Shown here: in pieces, positions 1-9,136 of the stretch
Layout of the letters: every line of letters begins with the position of its first letter
How positions within the stretch are numbered: position 1 is the stretch's first letter
NCBI GenBank assembly: GCA_965219455.1
Contig: OZ244744.1
Coordinates: 4,672,001 to 4,736,000, forward strand
DNA length: 64,000 bases
Direction of reading: 5' to 3'
Source: Candidatus Latescibacterota bacterium
GTDB taxonomy: Bacteria > Latescibacterota > UBA2968 > GCA-2709665
The notes under the pieces: generated by a model
What the model saw: the letters and a program-made list of their open reading frames with translations, nothing else
What the model was told of the DNA's origin: nothing
The model's database searches: none
Made by a program: the position numbers and the translations under genes

Positions 1-17
1 TAAATGGCGCAGTCGGC

Positions 18-215
18 GTGATCGGGTCCGAGAACAATGACGCCAACCTGATGTATTTCGGGGTGCTTGCCGTCGGGATTATCGGCGCCGTCATCGCGCG
101 CTTTCAGCCGCGTGGAATGGCACTCGCACTGTTCGCGACGGCGCTCGCCACGATTCCTCAGATCTGGTCTGGATTGTTGCATCTGTTCGCTGATGCGCAG
201 TCAGGCGCAATATGA
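18..215 (+). CDS. C-terminal part of a small membrane protein (start probably upstream of the window)
   Basis: Hydrophobic segments (YFGVLAVGIIGAVIARF, GMALALFATALA) at the window edge. Confidence 0.45.
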   Translation: MIGSENNDANLMYFGVLAVGIIGAVIARFQPRGMALALFATALATIPQIWSGLLHLFADAQSGAI

Positions 216-230
216 TGAGAAGAACAATTC

Positions 231-1043
231 ATGACTTCCGGTAGAGCCGAGGCCTCCCTCGGCACATTTGCCTGGTTCGGCTACGAACTGACCCTTGCTA
301 AACGCCTTGGTCTGATCAGGCAGAGTGGTTTCAGTCACACGTTTCTGTGGATGGGTAGCCAGGAACCCATGGTGGAATCCGGTCGTGCACACGAAATGCC
401 GGGAATGGCTGCAGATGCCGGGCTTAAGGTGGATCACGCCCATGCACCGTACGAAAATGCGAATGCTTTCTGGTCTGAAAAGCCCAGCGAACGCGATGTA
501 TCGGTTAATGAGAACCTTCAGCTGATCGAGTACTGCAGCCGGCATTCGATTTCCTGTATTGTGCTTCACGTAACAAAGGGGCCGACACCGCCTCCGCCCC
601 ACGCGGAAGGACTGGCGATTTTTCAACGGTTGGGCGAGGAAGCAGCAAACGCTGGAATCAAGTTGGCGCTTGAGAATACAAGGGTAAACAATCGCCTGGA
701 TTTCATTCTGAATAAACTTCCTTTGGAGAGACTGGGTTTGTGTTACGATAGCTCACACGACTACCTGCATTCCGGCACGCCCACCGCTGTACTTGGGAAG
801 TGGGCGAATCGTCTCATCCCAACGCACTTCTCGGACACCGACGGACAGGGCGACGTTCACTGGTTGCCGATGAGGGGAATTGTAAATTGGGATGCCGTTT
901 CGAGAGCATATCCCGGGTCGTACCAGGGCCCGGTTATGATCGAGGCAGTGCCCCAGGACCCGTCTCAACCGCCGACTGAGTTTCTTACGGATGCGTACCA
1001 GACTGCGGTCAAACTGAGGGAGAAACTGGCTGGCTCGGTATGA
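231..1043 (+). CDS. Sugar phosphate isomerase/epimerase (xylose isomerase-like TIM barrel)
   Basis: Motifs KLALEN, GLCYDSSH, HFSDTDG..DVHWLP.RG.VNW, VMIE. Confidence 0.8.
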   Translation: MTSGRAEASLGTFAWFGYELTLAKRLGLIRQSGFSHTFLWMGSQEPMVESGRAHEMPGMAADAGLKVDHAHAPYENANAFWSEKPSERDVSVNENLQLIEYCSRHSISCIVLHVTKGPTPPPPHAEGLAIFQRLGEEAANAGIKLALENTRVNNRLDFILNKLPLERLGLCYDSSHDYLHSGTPTAVLGKWANRLIPTHFSDTDGQGDVHWLPMRGIVNWDAVSRAYPGSYQGPVMIEAVPQDPSQPPTEFLTDAYQTAVKLREKLAGSV

Positions 1044-1067
1044 GTGAGCCATACGGCGGATAACGTT

Positions 1068-1101
1068 CGGCGTCCGGGTTCGAAGACCGGCGCACCGCTA
1101 C
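1068..1101 (-). repeat. GTAG-type REP-like palindrome
   Basis: Reverse strand GTAGCGGTGCGCCGGTCTTCGAACCCGGACGCCG: GTAG head followed by an imperfect hairpin, just downstream of a stop codon. Confidence 0.45.
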
Positions 1102-1142
1102 ATCAAATGGACAGACCCTGACAGCACGAAGGGCGACTCGCA

Positions 1143-1925
1143 ATGATCGATGACTCGTACAGTTTGGCAGCGAAGTACTACGACGCCGCGTACAGCGCGA
1201 AGGAAGACCTGGTCGACAGGGACTTCTATCTGGATCTGGCCAGGGAGTATGGCGGGCCTGTACTCGAGTTTGGCTGCGGGACTGGTAGAATTACTTTTCC
1301 GCTGGCACGGCAGGGTGTTGACGTCACGGGGATAGATGCATCTCGCGCGATGCTGGAGGTCCTGAGGGCAAAGCTCGCCGATGAACCTGCCGCCATAAAA
1401 CGCAGAGTACGAGTTGTAGAAGGAGATTTCAGGACCCTTTGTCTTGGCGATCAATTTCCCATGGTCGTGATTCCATTCAGACCCATGCAGCATATGTACA
1501 CGACGGAAGATCAACTGGCGGCCCTGAGAAACGCAGGGAGACACCTGGCGGATGGCGGGATCCTCGCGTTTGACGTATTCAATCCCCGTTTCGACAAACT
1601 GCTGTCCGGCGACGGCCAAGAGCACCTGGAACTGGAATGGCACACCGAGGACGAGACCGGCAGGACCATCCGGCGGTACTTTGTAAAGGACGGGTTCGAC
1701 CCGGTCAATCTGGTTTTTTCCGGGTCCTTTATCTTCCGGCTGTGCGAGGGTGACCAGGTTCTATCCGAGGAAGTGGAACTAATCAAGATGAGCGTCTATC
1801 CTCACCTCAAAGCGCTTTTTTCCGCGGCCGGTCTCGAGAGTGTGGGGGAATTCGGTTCGTTTGACCGGAAACCGATCGGGTCCGACACGCCGGAAATGAT
1901 ATTCCTCCTGAAGCGGCGGGTATAG
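1143..1925 (+). CDS. Class I SAM-dependent methyltransferase
   Basis: VLEFGCGTGR motif I, VTGIDAS, EGDFR, HLADGGILAFD. Confidence 0.9.
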   Translation: MIDDSYSLAAKYYDAAYSAKEDLVDRDFYLDLAREYGGPVLEFGCGTGRITFPLARQGVDVTGIDASRAMLEVLRAKLADEPAAIKRRVRVVEGDFRTLCLGDQFPMVVIPFRPMQHMYTTEDQLAALRNAGRHLADGGILAFDVFNPRFDKLLSGDGQEHLELEWHTEDETGRTIRRYFVKDGFDPVNLVFSGSFIFRLCEGDQVLSEEVELIKMSVYPHLKALFSAAGLESVGEFGSFDRKPIGSDTPEMIFLLKRRV

Positions 1926-2128
1926 CTCTATTCATCGCCACGCATCAGAGAAACGTCAGTTCTTGTTCGTATTATTCTATCTGTCGTATATTTCGTCCTC
2001 GGACGAATATAGGACGGTGCGGCATATTTTACCGAATTCACGTGAATGAATCGGATATTCGCTAGCCTTTCCGATTTCGGGTTCTCCTTTTCTAAACCGG
2101 GGTTAGGCCCCGTCGGAGATAGATTCAA

Positions 2129-3097
2129 ATGGACTACAATGTGGGTGCGATTCGCATGGGGGAAACGACGCCACAGCGAATTTACACGTACCGTCAGCGC
2201 CAACGCATGGCAGAGATCGTGAATTGCAATCTCAAAGGAAGTGAGTTTGAAAGGGTTGTTGGCACTTTGTGCCCAGACGACTTCAGTGATTCTGACTTTG
2301 GGACATTCATTGTAATGAAGTCAAAATACATTGACGTGCCAGACACGCTCTTGAATGCATTTTCTTCAACGGCGCGAGACAGAAGGCAGGACGACATTCG
2401 CTTTTATCACTTCCTCAAGTATGGTTACGCTCTCAAGGCTGTTAAGGAGAAGGCCCTGCAGTTTACGGCCATGAAGTACTTTGATGGCAACGACCACGCT
2501 GAGTACTCGGAATTCCTTCGCCGCTGCGGTTATTGCAAGGACGGAGTTGATGGCGACAAGCGGAAACTTTTCGTGTCGTGTTTAACTAACACGTCCGAAA
2601 GTGAAAGGTTCTGGTGCGAGTATGCGGACGGTGACAAAGGGGTTTGTCTGTGTTTGCGATTGTCGAAGGTTAATGCGAAAAACGCGGAATACTGGGATAT
2701 GAGAGATGTCGTCTATGACAATGGCCAGCGCTTTTCCTTCATCCGGAAAATTAGAGATGCATTTCGTCGAGAATTCGATAGGGAACTCTACATTGAAGGC
2801 GTAGACAAATTCGCCCGGTTCTATAAACGACAAAAGTACGAATGGGAGAAAGAGACGCGAATCACATTAGACTACCGGTGCCATCACGATCTTGCGACAC
2901 TGTTTCCGATATATGAGACGAATGACGATCAAAGTCAGGTAATCCGAGAGTTCATCGTCGTACCTTTCAAGAATGAGCTCTACACTCTGACCTTGGACGA
3001 AGTCCTCTGTGGCTCCAATGTGTCGGATTTTGAGATGGAAGATCTTCGAGGTGTTTCCAGACTTCAGAAGGGTCAGGTCAAGCCACGCCCAAGATGA
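2129..3097 (+). CDS. DUF2971-domain protein
   Basis: FVSCLT..SESERFWCEYADGDKGVCL and KRQKYEWEKETRI match the DUF2971 pattern (SC..., MW..Y...GV, K...W.YE.E.R); start codon uncertain. Confidence 0.7.
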   Translation: MDYNVGAIRMGETTPQRIYTYRQRQRMAEIVNCNLKGSEFERVVGTLCPDDFSDSDFGTFIVMKSKYIDVPDTLLNAFSSTARDRRQDDIRFYHFLKYGYALKAVKEKALQFTAMKYFDGNDHAEYSEFLRRCGYCKDGVDGDKRKLFVSCLTNTSESERFWCEYADGDKGVCLCLRLSKVNAKNAEYWDMRDVVYDNGQRFSFIRKIRDAFRREFDRELYIEGVDKFARFYKRQKYEWEKETRITLDYRCHHDLATLFPIYETNDDQSQVIREFIVVPFKNELYTLTLDEVLCGSNVSDFEMEDLRGVSRLQKGQVKPRPR

Positions 3098-3363
3098 GAG
3101 GCTCTTCTCATACGCCCCTACGTGCCAATATAGAGTGAGACAATTTCTGCTCCGAGCTCTATAAAGTAATATGGGGGACTGGCGAGCACGAGATACAGTC
3201 CAGATTCGATGTCGCAGAGAACTGTCGCCAGCAAATGATAGTTGTGGCGTAACCCGGCGGGACCTGCAAGGCCCCGGGTCCGGACCCACAAGTCCCGGAA
3301 ACCGGCCTAGCGCCGTCTGTTAACGGCGCTGAACCCAATTATCACTACTCAGTTAATAGATAT

Positions 3364-4704
3364 TTGACTAAAGAGAGGGCAAGAGTGGCTAAAATCGACA
3401 AGATGGCTCGGCAGTTGTCATATAACGTGCGAACAATTCACGACTTCGAAAAACGCTATGGTACCCGGGCGTTACTTCGGGAGAGGCAGGATCTACTCAA
3501 GGCTCTTAGGCCCATTCAACATATTGAGCGTCTGTCCCAATTGGAGAATGCCGTACGAACAGCGTTCGTAAATCCGTTTGAAGAACTGATACGTTCCATT
3601 CGACCAAGCCTGGAGGATCTTCGCCTTGAAATCGGATTCCATCCCAATACGATTAGGTCCATTCAGCTCGCTGCTGAAAACCTAGCGAGACCATCTGACA
3701 TCATGCAACACGTCGCAAATTTAAAGGGACTTGGACACTCTTCAATAGATCGTCTGATCAGAGGTCAGCTAGCCATTGATGAACGCGTATTGGAAATCCG
3801 CGACAACGTATTTGATGTTGAAATCCCAGACCTATTTCCTCACCATCGAATTGCGGGAGCGCTTGCTGGCATACAAGTACTCTCTGAGCAAAGCGAAGTA
3901 ATGCGGTTATCAGCTAAGACGGCACTTGAGTCGATTCAAGCTTTCCAATCGTTCGCAAAGCGACAGCTCCGCAGAGCGGTCATCGACGAACCGAATGTAT
4001 TCTCCCGGCGCATGGCGGTCACAGATTTGGCTGGCGATTTATTGGAGACGGCGCAAAGCTCATGGGAAATGCTAGGCCAACAAGCTACTGCCGTCCCAGA
4101 TAACTGTTCCCCTGTCATGGTCAAGCCCGCAATCTACTCCCATCTGAATCAGGAACTATCATATCTTTATCGCAAAGACGTAAAGGCAGATCCGCACTCC
4201 GCATACCACCGTTCAACAGCGTCGAGAGTAGCTACACTTGGAGGAGAGATTGTAGAGCTGATCTACAACATAAATCAGAGCCGGATGTCATCAGCGAACG
4301 CGCACATTTTTAAGCCTACGAATCGCGCGTTGCGGGCTGTTTACCAACTCACAAACTCAGTATCCAGGAACGAGCAAAGTTTCGGAGACGTTGTAGATGC
4401 CTTATACATTCTCATATATGAAGGAAGTGGTTCCGCCAGTCGATTGACCGACCTTATGACCGATCCGGAACTGACTACGGTTTGGTGGATCAAGACTCTG
4501 CGCACTTCAATGAGTCATGACGTTGATCATGGTGACGAGCGAAAGTCCCGGAAGAAACATTCGGAGATTGGGGAAGTTTATTACGCCCTTGTGGGTCAAA
4601 TGAGACCGAAGCTTGCAGCTGATTGGTCAACTGCACAGGTTGTTTTGTATGAGTACACTGCAGATCTTCTTCGCAGTGTACTCGATATTGTGGATCCGAA
4701 TTAG
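3364..4704 (+). CDS. Hypothetical protein with a putative C-terminal HEPN-like domain
   Basis: 446-aa helical ORF; LYILIYE and IKTLRTSMSHD (Rx4H) near the C-terminus. Confidence 0.55.
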   Translation: MTKERARVAKIDKMARQLSYNVRTIHDFEKRYGTRALLRERQDLLKALRPIQHIERLSQLENAVRTAFVNPFEELIRSIRPSLEDLRLEIGFHPNTIRSIQLAAENLARPSDIMQHVANLKGLGHSSIDRLIRGQLAIDERVLEIRDNVFDVEIPDLFPHHRIAGALAGIQVLSEQSEVMRLSAKTALESIQAFQSFAKRQLRRAVIDEPNVFSRRMAVTDLAGDLLETAQSSWEMLGQQATAVPDNCSPVMVKPAIYSHLNQELSYLYRKDVKADPHSAYHRSTASRVATLGGEIVELIYNINQSRMSSANAHIFKPTNRALRAVYQLTNSVSRNEQSFGDVVDALYILIYEGSGSASRLTDLMTDPELTTVWWIKTLRTSMSHDVDHGDERKSRKKHSEIGEVYYALVGQMRPKLAADWSTAQVVLYEYTADLLRSVLDIVDPN

Positions 4705-4943
4705 ATAAGTGATCAATAATGAATGAACTGTTCAGTGTCAATATAGACGCTTAGATCTGAAGTCGCATATCACAGCCATTTACGACGCGTCCCATACGCT
4801 TCTTGGAGTTTTGTCCACTCTACATGGATGCAAGGGTCGTGCATTTTGAAGACGACCTATGTCGTAAGTGAAGAGCGTCGGCAGACGATTTGAGTTCTCG
4901 TCTGCAGGAAGACATCTGTTTTGTCGCAACAAGAAAATGCGAT

Positions 4944-5528
4944 ATGACCATACATCAATTTGGAAACGAGGTGCTTGACGCCCTGCGGAGGCATTTCGCC
5001 CCGGAAAGCGTGACTTTTCTTGGTTCATTCGCCTCAGGGAAAGTCGACGAATACAGCGACGTCGACCTTGAAGTCAATGTCCAGGTTGAACTCACGCAGG
5101 GATTCTTCGATTCTTTAACAGAGTGTCTGAAAGGACATTTCGGCCCACTATCCGTCCGGTATGATCCACAGAAAAAAAACGAGCGGATGGCACAGAATGT
5201 TCGGTTCAACTTTCACGACTATCCCGTGTTTTGGCGGATAGAACTCGATATCAGGTCAGACCGGGACACCCCTCAGAAATGGCCTTCGCCGTTTCCGAGC
5301 TGGTCTGTCGCCACGTCTGCGATCTGGAATATCGTCTGGGCGGTGAAGCGAGCCAGGCGGGGCGAAAGGGATGCTCACCACTATATGAATTGCGCCTGCG
5401 ATAAACTGGGTCGACCAGGGCTGGCGTATTCGGATGACAATGTGGAAACCCTGCTTTCGGAATTGCGTAAATTTCCGGACGTCGACAGCGTGTTGCTGTC
5501 GAAACTCCGCAGCGAAATCAGGTGCTGA
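4944..5528 (+). CDS. Nucleotidyltransferase (Pol beta-like)
   Basis: FLGSFASGKVDEYSDVDL (GS..DxD signature). Confidence 0.8.
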   Translation: MTIHQFGNEVLDALRRHFAPESVTFLGSFASGKVDEYSDVDLEVNVQVELTQGFFDSLTECLKGHFGPLSVRYDPQKKNERMAQNVRFNFHDYPVFWRIELDIRSDRDTPQKWPSPFPSWSVATSAIWNIVWAVKRARRGERDAHHYMNCACDKLGRPGLAYSDDNVETLLSELRKFPDVDSVLLSKLRSEIRC

Positions 5529-5538
5529 GGCTCTATAG

Positions 5539-6341
5539 ATGTGTTCTATGTTGGACGACCTTTCGGATTCACGCGTCACTGCTGCGATCGAGCAGAACAA
5601 CATCGATCTGTTCCTCTTTGCCGCCGCCGTGGGCCGAAAAACCATCTTGAGGGAGGAAGACACTTCACCGGGGTCATCGGCAAGCCGTGGTGGCCGAACT
5701 ACCTCGTCGAGCCTCGCTTCCGCGACGAAACTCTCGAGAGCCGCATACACCGTATTCGTGAGGAGATTGAGCAGAGGAAGCTGCCGCCGCTCCTGAAGTT
5801 CGGTCCGAAAGCAGAGCCGAAGCATCTGAGAGCGCATCTGTTGAGCAACGGTTTCGTGGCGATGGATCACAATCCTTCGGGAATGGCGATGCGATTGGAC
5901 ACGATGGAAGGGGGACATCCGGTCCCGGACGACCTCAGAATCGAGCGGGTGAGTGATGACCGGGCACTACGTGAATGGCTGTCATTCTTCACGTTATTCG
6001 AATTCCAGATGTTCAGGGTTCCCATCCAGTCGCCCGTGGTTAAGCTTTATGTGGGGAGAATTGACGGTGAGCCGGTTGGAGTTTCGATGATGTTTCTGTC
6101 ATCGGGCGTTGGCGGGCTGTATCAGGTGGAAGTTTCGTCGGAGCACCGAAGGCAGGGAATCGGAACCGCGATGACGCTGGCCCCTATGGAGGACGCTCGT
6201 CAACTGGGGTACAGGATTGCCGTACTGCAGGCGTCGAAGATGGGTGAACCGGTCTACCGGAGAATCGGCTTCGAGTCGTACTTCAAGTACAACTACCTTC
6301 ATCCAAGGGGATGTACCTTTGCCGACTTCAAGGCTGCGTGA
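5539..6341 (+). pseudogene. GNAT acetyltransferase with a frameshift near 5660
   Basis: N-terminus (DLSDSRVTAAIEQN) is in frame 5539, while the body (WPN..., VSSEHRRQGIGTAM, LQASKMGEPVYRRIGF) is in frame 5541. Confidence 0.7.
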
Positions 6342-6422
6342 GAACCAACCTGCGGGGAATACATCAAAAATGGTGTTGATGCCCAGGCCGCAAACCGTCC
6401 ACTGAACAGGGGCAATTTCAAG

Positions 6423-6806
6423 ATGAAAATCATCCTCAATAGTGTATTTGTGGAAGACCAGGACAAGGCATTGAAGTTCTATACTGAAACCCTTGGTTTT
6501 GTCAAAAAGCACGATGTTCCCGTCGGGGCGTTCAAATGGCTCACGGTGGTCTCGCCCGAGGACCGGGACGGGACTGAGCTTTTGCTCGAGCCGAACGAGA
6601 ATCCGGTCGCGAAGGCATACCAGAAAGGAATATTCGAACAGGGTATCGCCGCTACGGCCTTTGGCGTTGACGATATTCGTGCAGAGTATGAGCGGTTAAA
6701 TGCACTCGGAGTGAGATTTACAATGGAGCCAACGCAGTGGGAAGACGTTATCCTGGCGGTCTTTGATGATACGTGCGGCAACCTCATTCAGATAATGCAA
6801 ACGTAG
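6423..6806 (+). CDS. VOC/glyoxalase family protein
   Basis: VFVEDQDKALKFYTETLGF, WLTVVSPE, AVFDDTCGNLIQI. Confidence 0.92.
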   Translation: MKIILNSVFVEDQDKALKFYTETLGFVKKHDVPVGAFKWLTVVSPEDRDGTELLLEPNENPVAKAYQKGIFEQGIAATAFGVDDIRAEYERLNALGVRFTMEPTQWEDVILAVFDDTCGNLIQIMQT

Positions 6807-6928
6807 AGTCAACCCCGCGGCACTGCCATACCCGACAACGCAGAGACCCGAATTCGGTGTTCCCAAGCTTATCGAACAGTTTTGGGAATTTTTTTTGACG
6901 GTGATAAACCACCATTTCGGCGAGAAAT

Positions 6929-7684
6929 GTGAAGACCTTTATTCAGTCCGGCACCAGGTTTCTGGTAGAGGTCGGGACTAAACCAAAGCCAGGACTGGTT
7001 CGATGGACGACATGGGGCCATAACGACATTCAACAGTCATATCTGCTTTCCACATCCGATGGATCTATTCTGATTGATCCGATACGGCCCATTGGTAGAC
7101 AAGCTCTGAATGCCCTGAGGGAACATGCCGATGGTCGATTTCAAGCTGTAGTCTGCACGAGCCCAAACCACGAACGAGATGTGGAGTGGTTCCGCAAACG
7201 GTTCAAGATACCTGTATACGGGCCGGAGTTGGCCCCTGCCAGGTCACGCATCAGGCTGAAGTCAGATGAACTATATCGAGATGGCGATATACTTCCCGGG
7301 AACATTCGCGCGATTTGGTCAGGAGATAAACGAGGTGAGATGTGGCTGTTGTGGAGGGCTGCGAGGACATCCAGGGTCCTGATTTGCGCAGATTCGATAT
7401 ATGGACAATCCCGGAGGGGAGGGTTCGATGGTGCGACCGTACCGTACTGGATTCAGGAAGGCGGGATCCGGTTGCAGATGAATGGCGAAGTCAGTCCCAG
7501 CGAAATGAGACGCAGGTATGAACGTCTTGAAGATTATGAGTTTGGGATTGTCCTGAACGTTCACAATCCGCGTCCTATTGAGAATGCGAAATCCGCACTT
7601 GAAAGAGCGCTGACCCATGGCAAATATGAGACGCATCCGAAACGCGCGTTCAGTGTTATCGCGGCAGATTTATCGGGGGAATGA
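6929..7684 (+). CDS. Metallo-beta-lactamase-fold protein (degenerate)
   Basis: SYLL..ILIDP, TSPNHERD, LICADS, VLNVH. Confidence 0.55.
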   Translation: MKTFIQSGTRFLVEVGTKPKPGLVRWTTWGHNDIQQSYLLSTSDGSILIDPIRPIGRQALNALREHADGRFQAVVCTSPNHERDVEWFRKRFKIPVYGPELAPARSRIRLKSDELYRDGDILPGNIRAIWSGDKRGEMWLLWRAARTSRVLICADSIYGQSRRGGFDGATVPYWIQEGGIRLQMNGEVSPSEMRRRYERLEDYEFGIVLNVHNPRPIENAKSALERALTHGKYETHPKRAFSVIAADLSGE

Positions 7685-7758
7685 ATACATGGGAGCACTC
7701 GATACCCTCTGTGCCTATATTAGATGAGACAGTTCCCCGCTTTCAAATGGGAATTGTA

Positions 7759-7938
7759 ATGGGTACTACGGATGAGCGTAAGAAGAAGCCGGTGGTAGAG
7801 GTTTTTGATAGTCGGTATAGGCCAACGAAGGCGGAGATGGAAGAGGAGATTGTGATAGATGCGAGCCCGGAGGAGTTGCTACGGGCGGTTGTTCAGGATG
7901 TAGAACTTCGGATTGTTGATCCGAAAGGGAAGCGGTAG
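7759..7938 (+). CDS. Small hypothetical protein of a type I recall next to IS1595 transposases
   Basis: YRPTKAEMEEEIVIDASPEELLRAVV; lies directly inside the left TIR; the IS1595 association is from memory. Confidence 0.55.
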   Translation: MGTTDERKKKPVVEVFDSRYRPTKAEMEEEIVIDASPEELLRAVVQDVELRIVDPKGKR

Positions 7939-7978
7939 TATAACGCTGGCAACAATATGGGTAAGGGGGTTAGGGAAA

Positions 7979-8014
7979 TAAAAAAAACCTGCCAGTATGT
8001 TACTTCTGGCAGGC
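7979..8014 (-). terminator. Intrinsic terminator for the minus-strand cargo of cassette A
   Basis: CCTGCCAG-N10-CTGGCAGG stem followed by a T-run on the minus strand. Confidence 0.7.
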
Positions 8015-8062
8015 TGTTGATAGCGTTATGGGAGGTCAGGTTGCTTTTTGAGATTTGCTTCT

Positions 8063-8308
8063 TTAAACGTGACCGTAAAATTCATTTCGGTCTATTTGCA
8101 ATGCTCTCAAAACTGCTCTGATTTGTGGTATCCTGATTTGTTCATTGGGTTTGCCTGCTGTTCCTGAATATAGTAATTCTCCGTCGACTGTGCGGGTAAA
8201 ACCCCAATAAGTTCCAATGACATCTGTGCCGCTTTCCTGAATATCACATTCGCAATTGAAATTTTGTATTAAACACTCTTTGAACTGTTCAAACGGCAGA
8301 TAAAACAC
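8063..8308 (-). CDS. HicA-like small protein (putative toxin)
   Basis: 81 aa; C-terminal helix IPQIRAVLRALQIDRNEF resembles HicA; downstream of a HicB-like gene; no GSH motif. Confidence 0.45.
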   Translation of the reverse strand: MFYLPFEQFKECLIQNFNCECDIQESGTDVIGTYWGFTRTVDGELLYSGTAGKPNEQIRIPQIRAVLRALQIDRNEFYGHV

Positions 8309-8318
8309 AGCGAAATCC

Positions 8319-8675
8319 TCATGCGCAAACGCGAGAGTTCGCTTTTACAACAGGCATCAAAGGTGTTTTCCATTCATCAAGAGCAAGTCGACGATGATTG
8401 CGTTTTAGCTGAGCGTCCTCGGCTTCTTCAAACATGGTCCAGAACTTCTCAGGGGCCTTCTCAATGCCTTGTAAGATTTCCCGGTTATTTGTGGCATCAA
8501 AATGGCAATGAGTCATAATTGTAACGTAAAACCGAGCCCTGACCTGGGGTATTGTCTGTCCTTGAGCAACAATATCATATTCAAGACCCTGAGCAATCCA
8601 AACATCTTCGTTCCTATACAAAAGGACGTTTACTTGAATGACATCTGACAACGACCTTGTAGTTTTCCCGTTCAT
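8319..8675 (-). CDS. HicB-like protein (putative antitoxin)
   Basis: VLLYRNEDVWIAQGLEYDIVAQGQTIPQV resembles the HicB N-terminal fold; RBS GGGAG. Confidence 0.6.
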   Translation of the reverse strand: MNGKTTRSLSDVIQVNVLLYRNEDVWIAQGLEYDIVAQGQTIPQVRARFYVTIMTHCHFDATNNREILQGIEKAPEKFWTMFEEAEDAQLKRNHRRLALDEWKTPLMPVVKANSRVCA

Positions 8676-8714
8676 TGCGTACTCCCGTGGTTGTCATTTG
8701 CATATCCTTTCACA

Positions 8715-8744
8715 AAAATACGTTATCGGAGTACGGTCTGTCAA
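8715..8744 (-). promoter_or_regulatory. Putative sigma70 promoter of cassette A cargo
   Basis: TTGACA-N18-TATTTT on the minus strand; positionally equivalent to the promoter in cassette B. Confidence 0.5.
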
Positions 8745-9006
8745 GTGTAAAAATCCAGAAACGCATGTACGTACTGGGTTGTACAGACCGTAACAGAAAG
8801 GGGAACAAAGTGTGGGTATCGTTGAAATGTGACTTTGCGCTATAATTCCCTTTTTAATTAGAAAACAATGAAGAGGGCGAAGGAACGCCTAACGTCAACG
8901 GATGTATCAGTACCGATACATAGGTGCTTGCCGACGGGGCTTCAATAAGGCCACGGATCCACATTCGCGGAATTGGAAACTCGCAGTTGGTATTATACAA
9001 GCTCGA

Positions 9007-9132
9007 TCAAAGCTTGATCAAAATGAGCGTGCCAAGCGTGATCAAGCTTGTGATCTGGATTCCCAAAAGCCATCGAATCCAGAACAAGAGATCACGTTGG
9101 CCTTGCTCGAGGCTGTTCAAGCGTGCATCCAT
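9007..9132 (-). CDS. Small coiled-coil/transmembrane protein (41 aa), possible last gene of the operon
   Basis: MDARLNSLEQGQRDLLFWIRWLLGIQITSLITLGTLILIKL; starts 4 nt after the SNF2 stop, preceded by GAGGGG. Confidence 0.45.
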   Translation of the reverse strand: MDARLNSLEQGQRDLLFWIRWLLGIQITSLITLGTLILIKL

Positions 9133-9136
9133 CGGC

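Larger units (their letters stand above)
7749..8850. mobile_element. Transposase-less IS1595-like cassette A (1102 bp) with passenger genes
   Basis: Ends GGGAATTGTA / TATAATTCCC (9/10 inverted; GGnnATTAT-type TIR); flanks TTTCAAAT / TTTTTAAT (6/8); splits a dispersed repeat whose two halves rejoin when the cassette is removed. Confidence 0.7.

Noticed and set aside
3246-3331. Possible attC between the DUF2971 and HEPN-like genes
   Set aside because: GC-rich hairpins are present, but the R and L boxes do not pair convincingly
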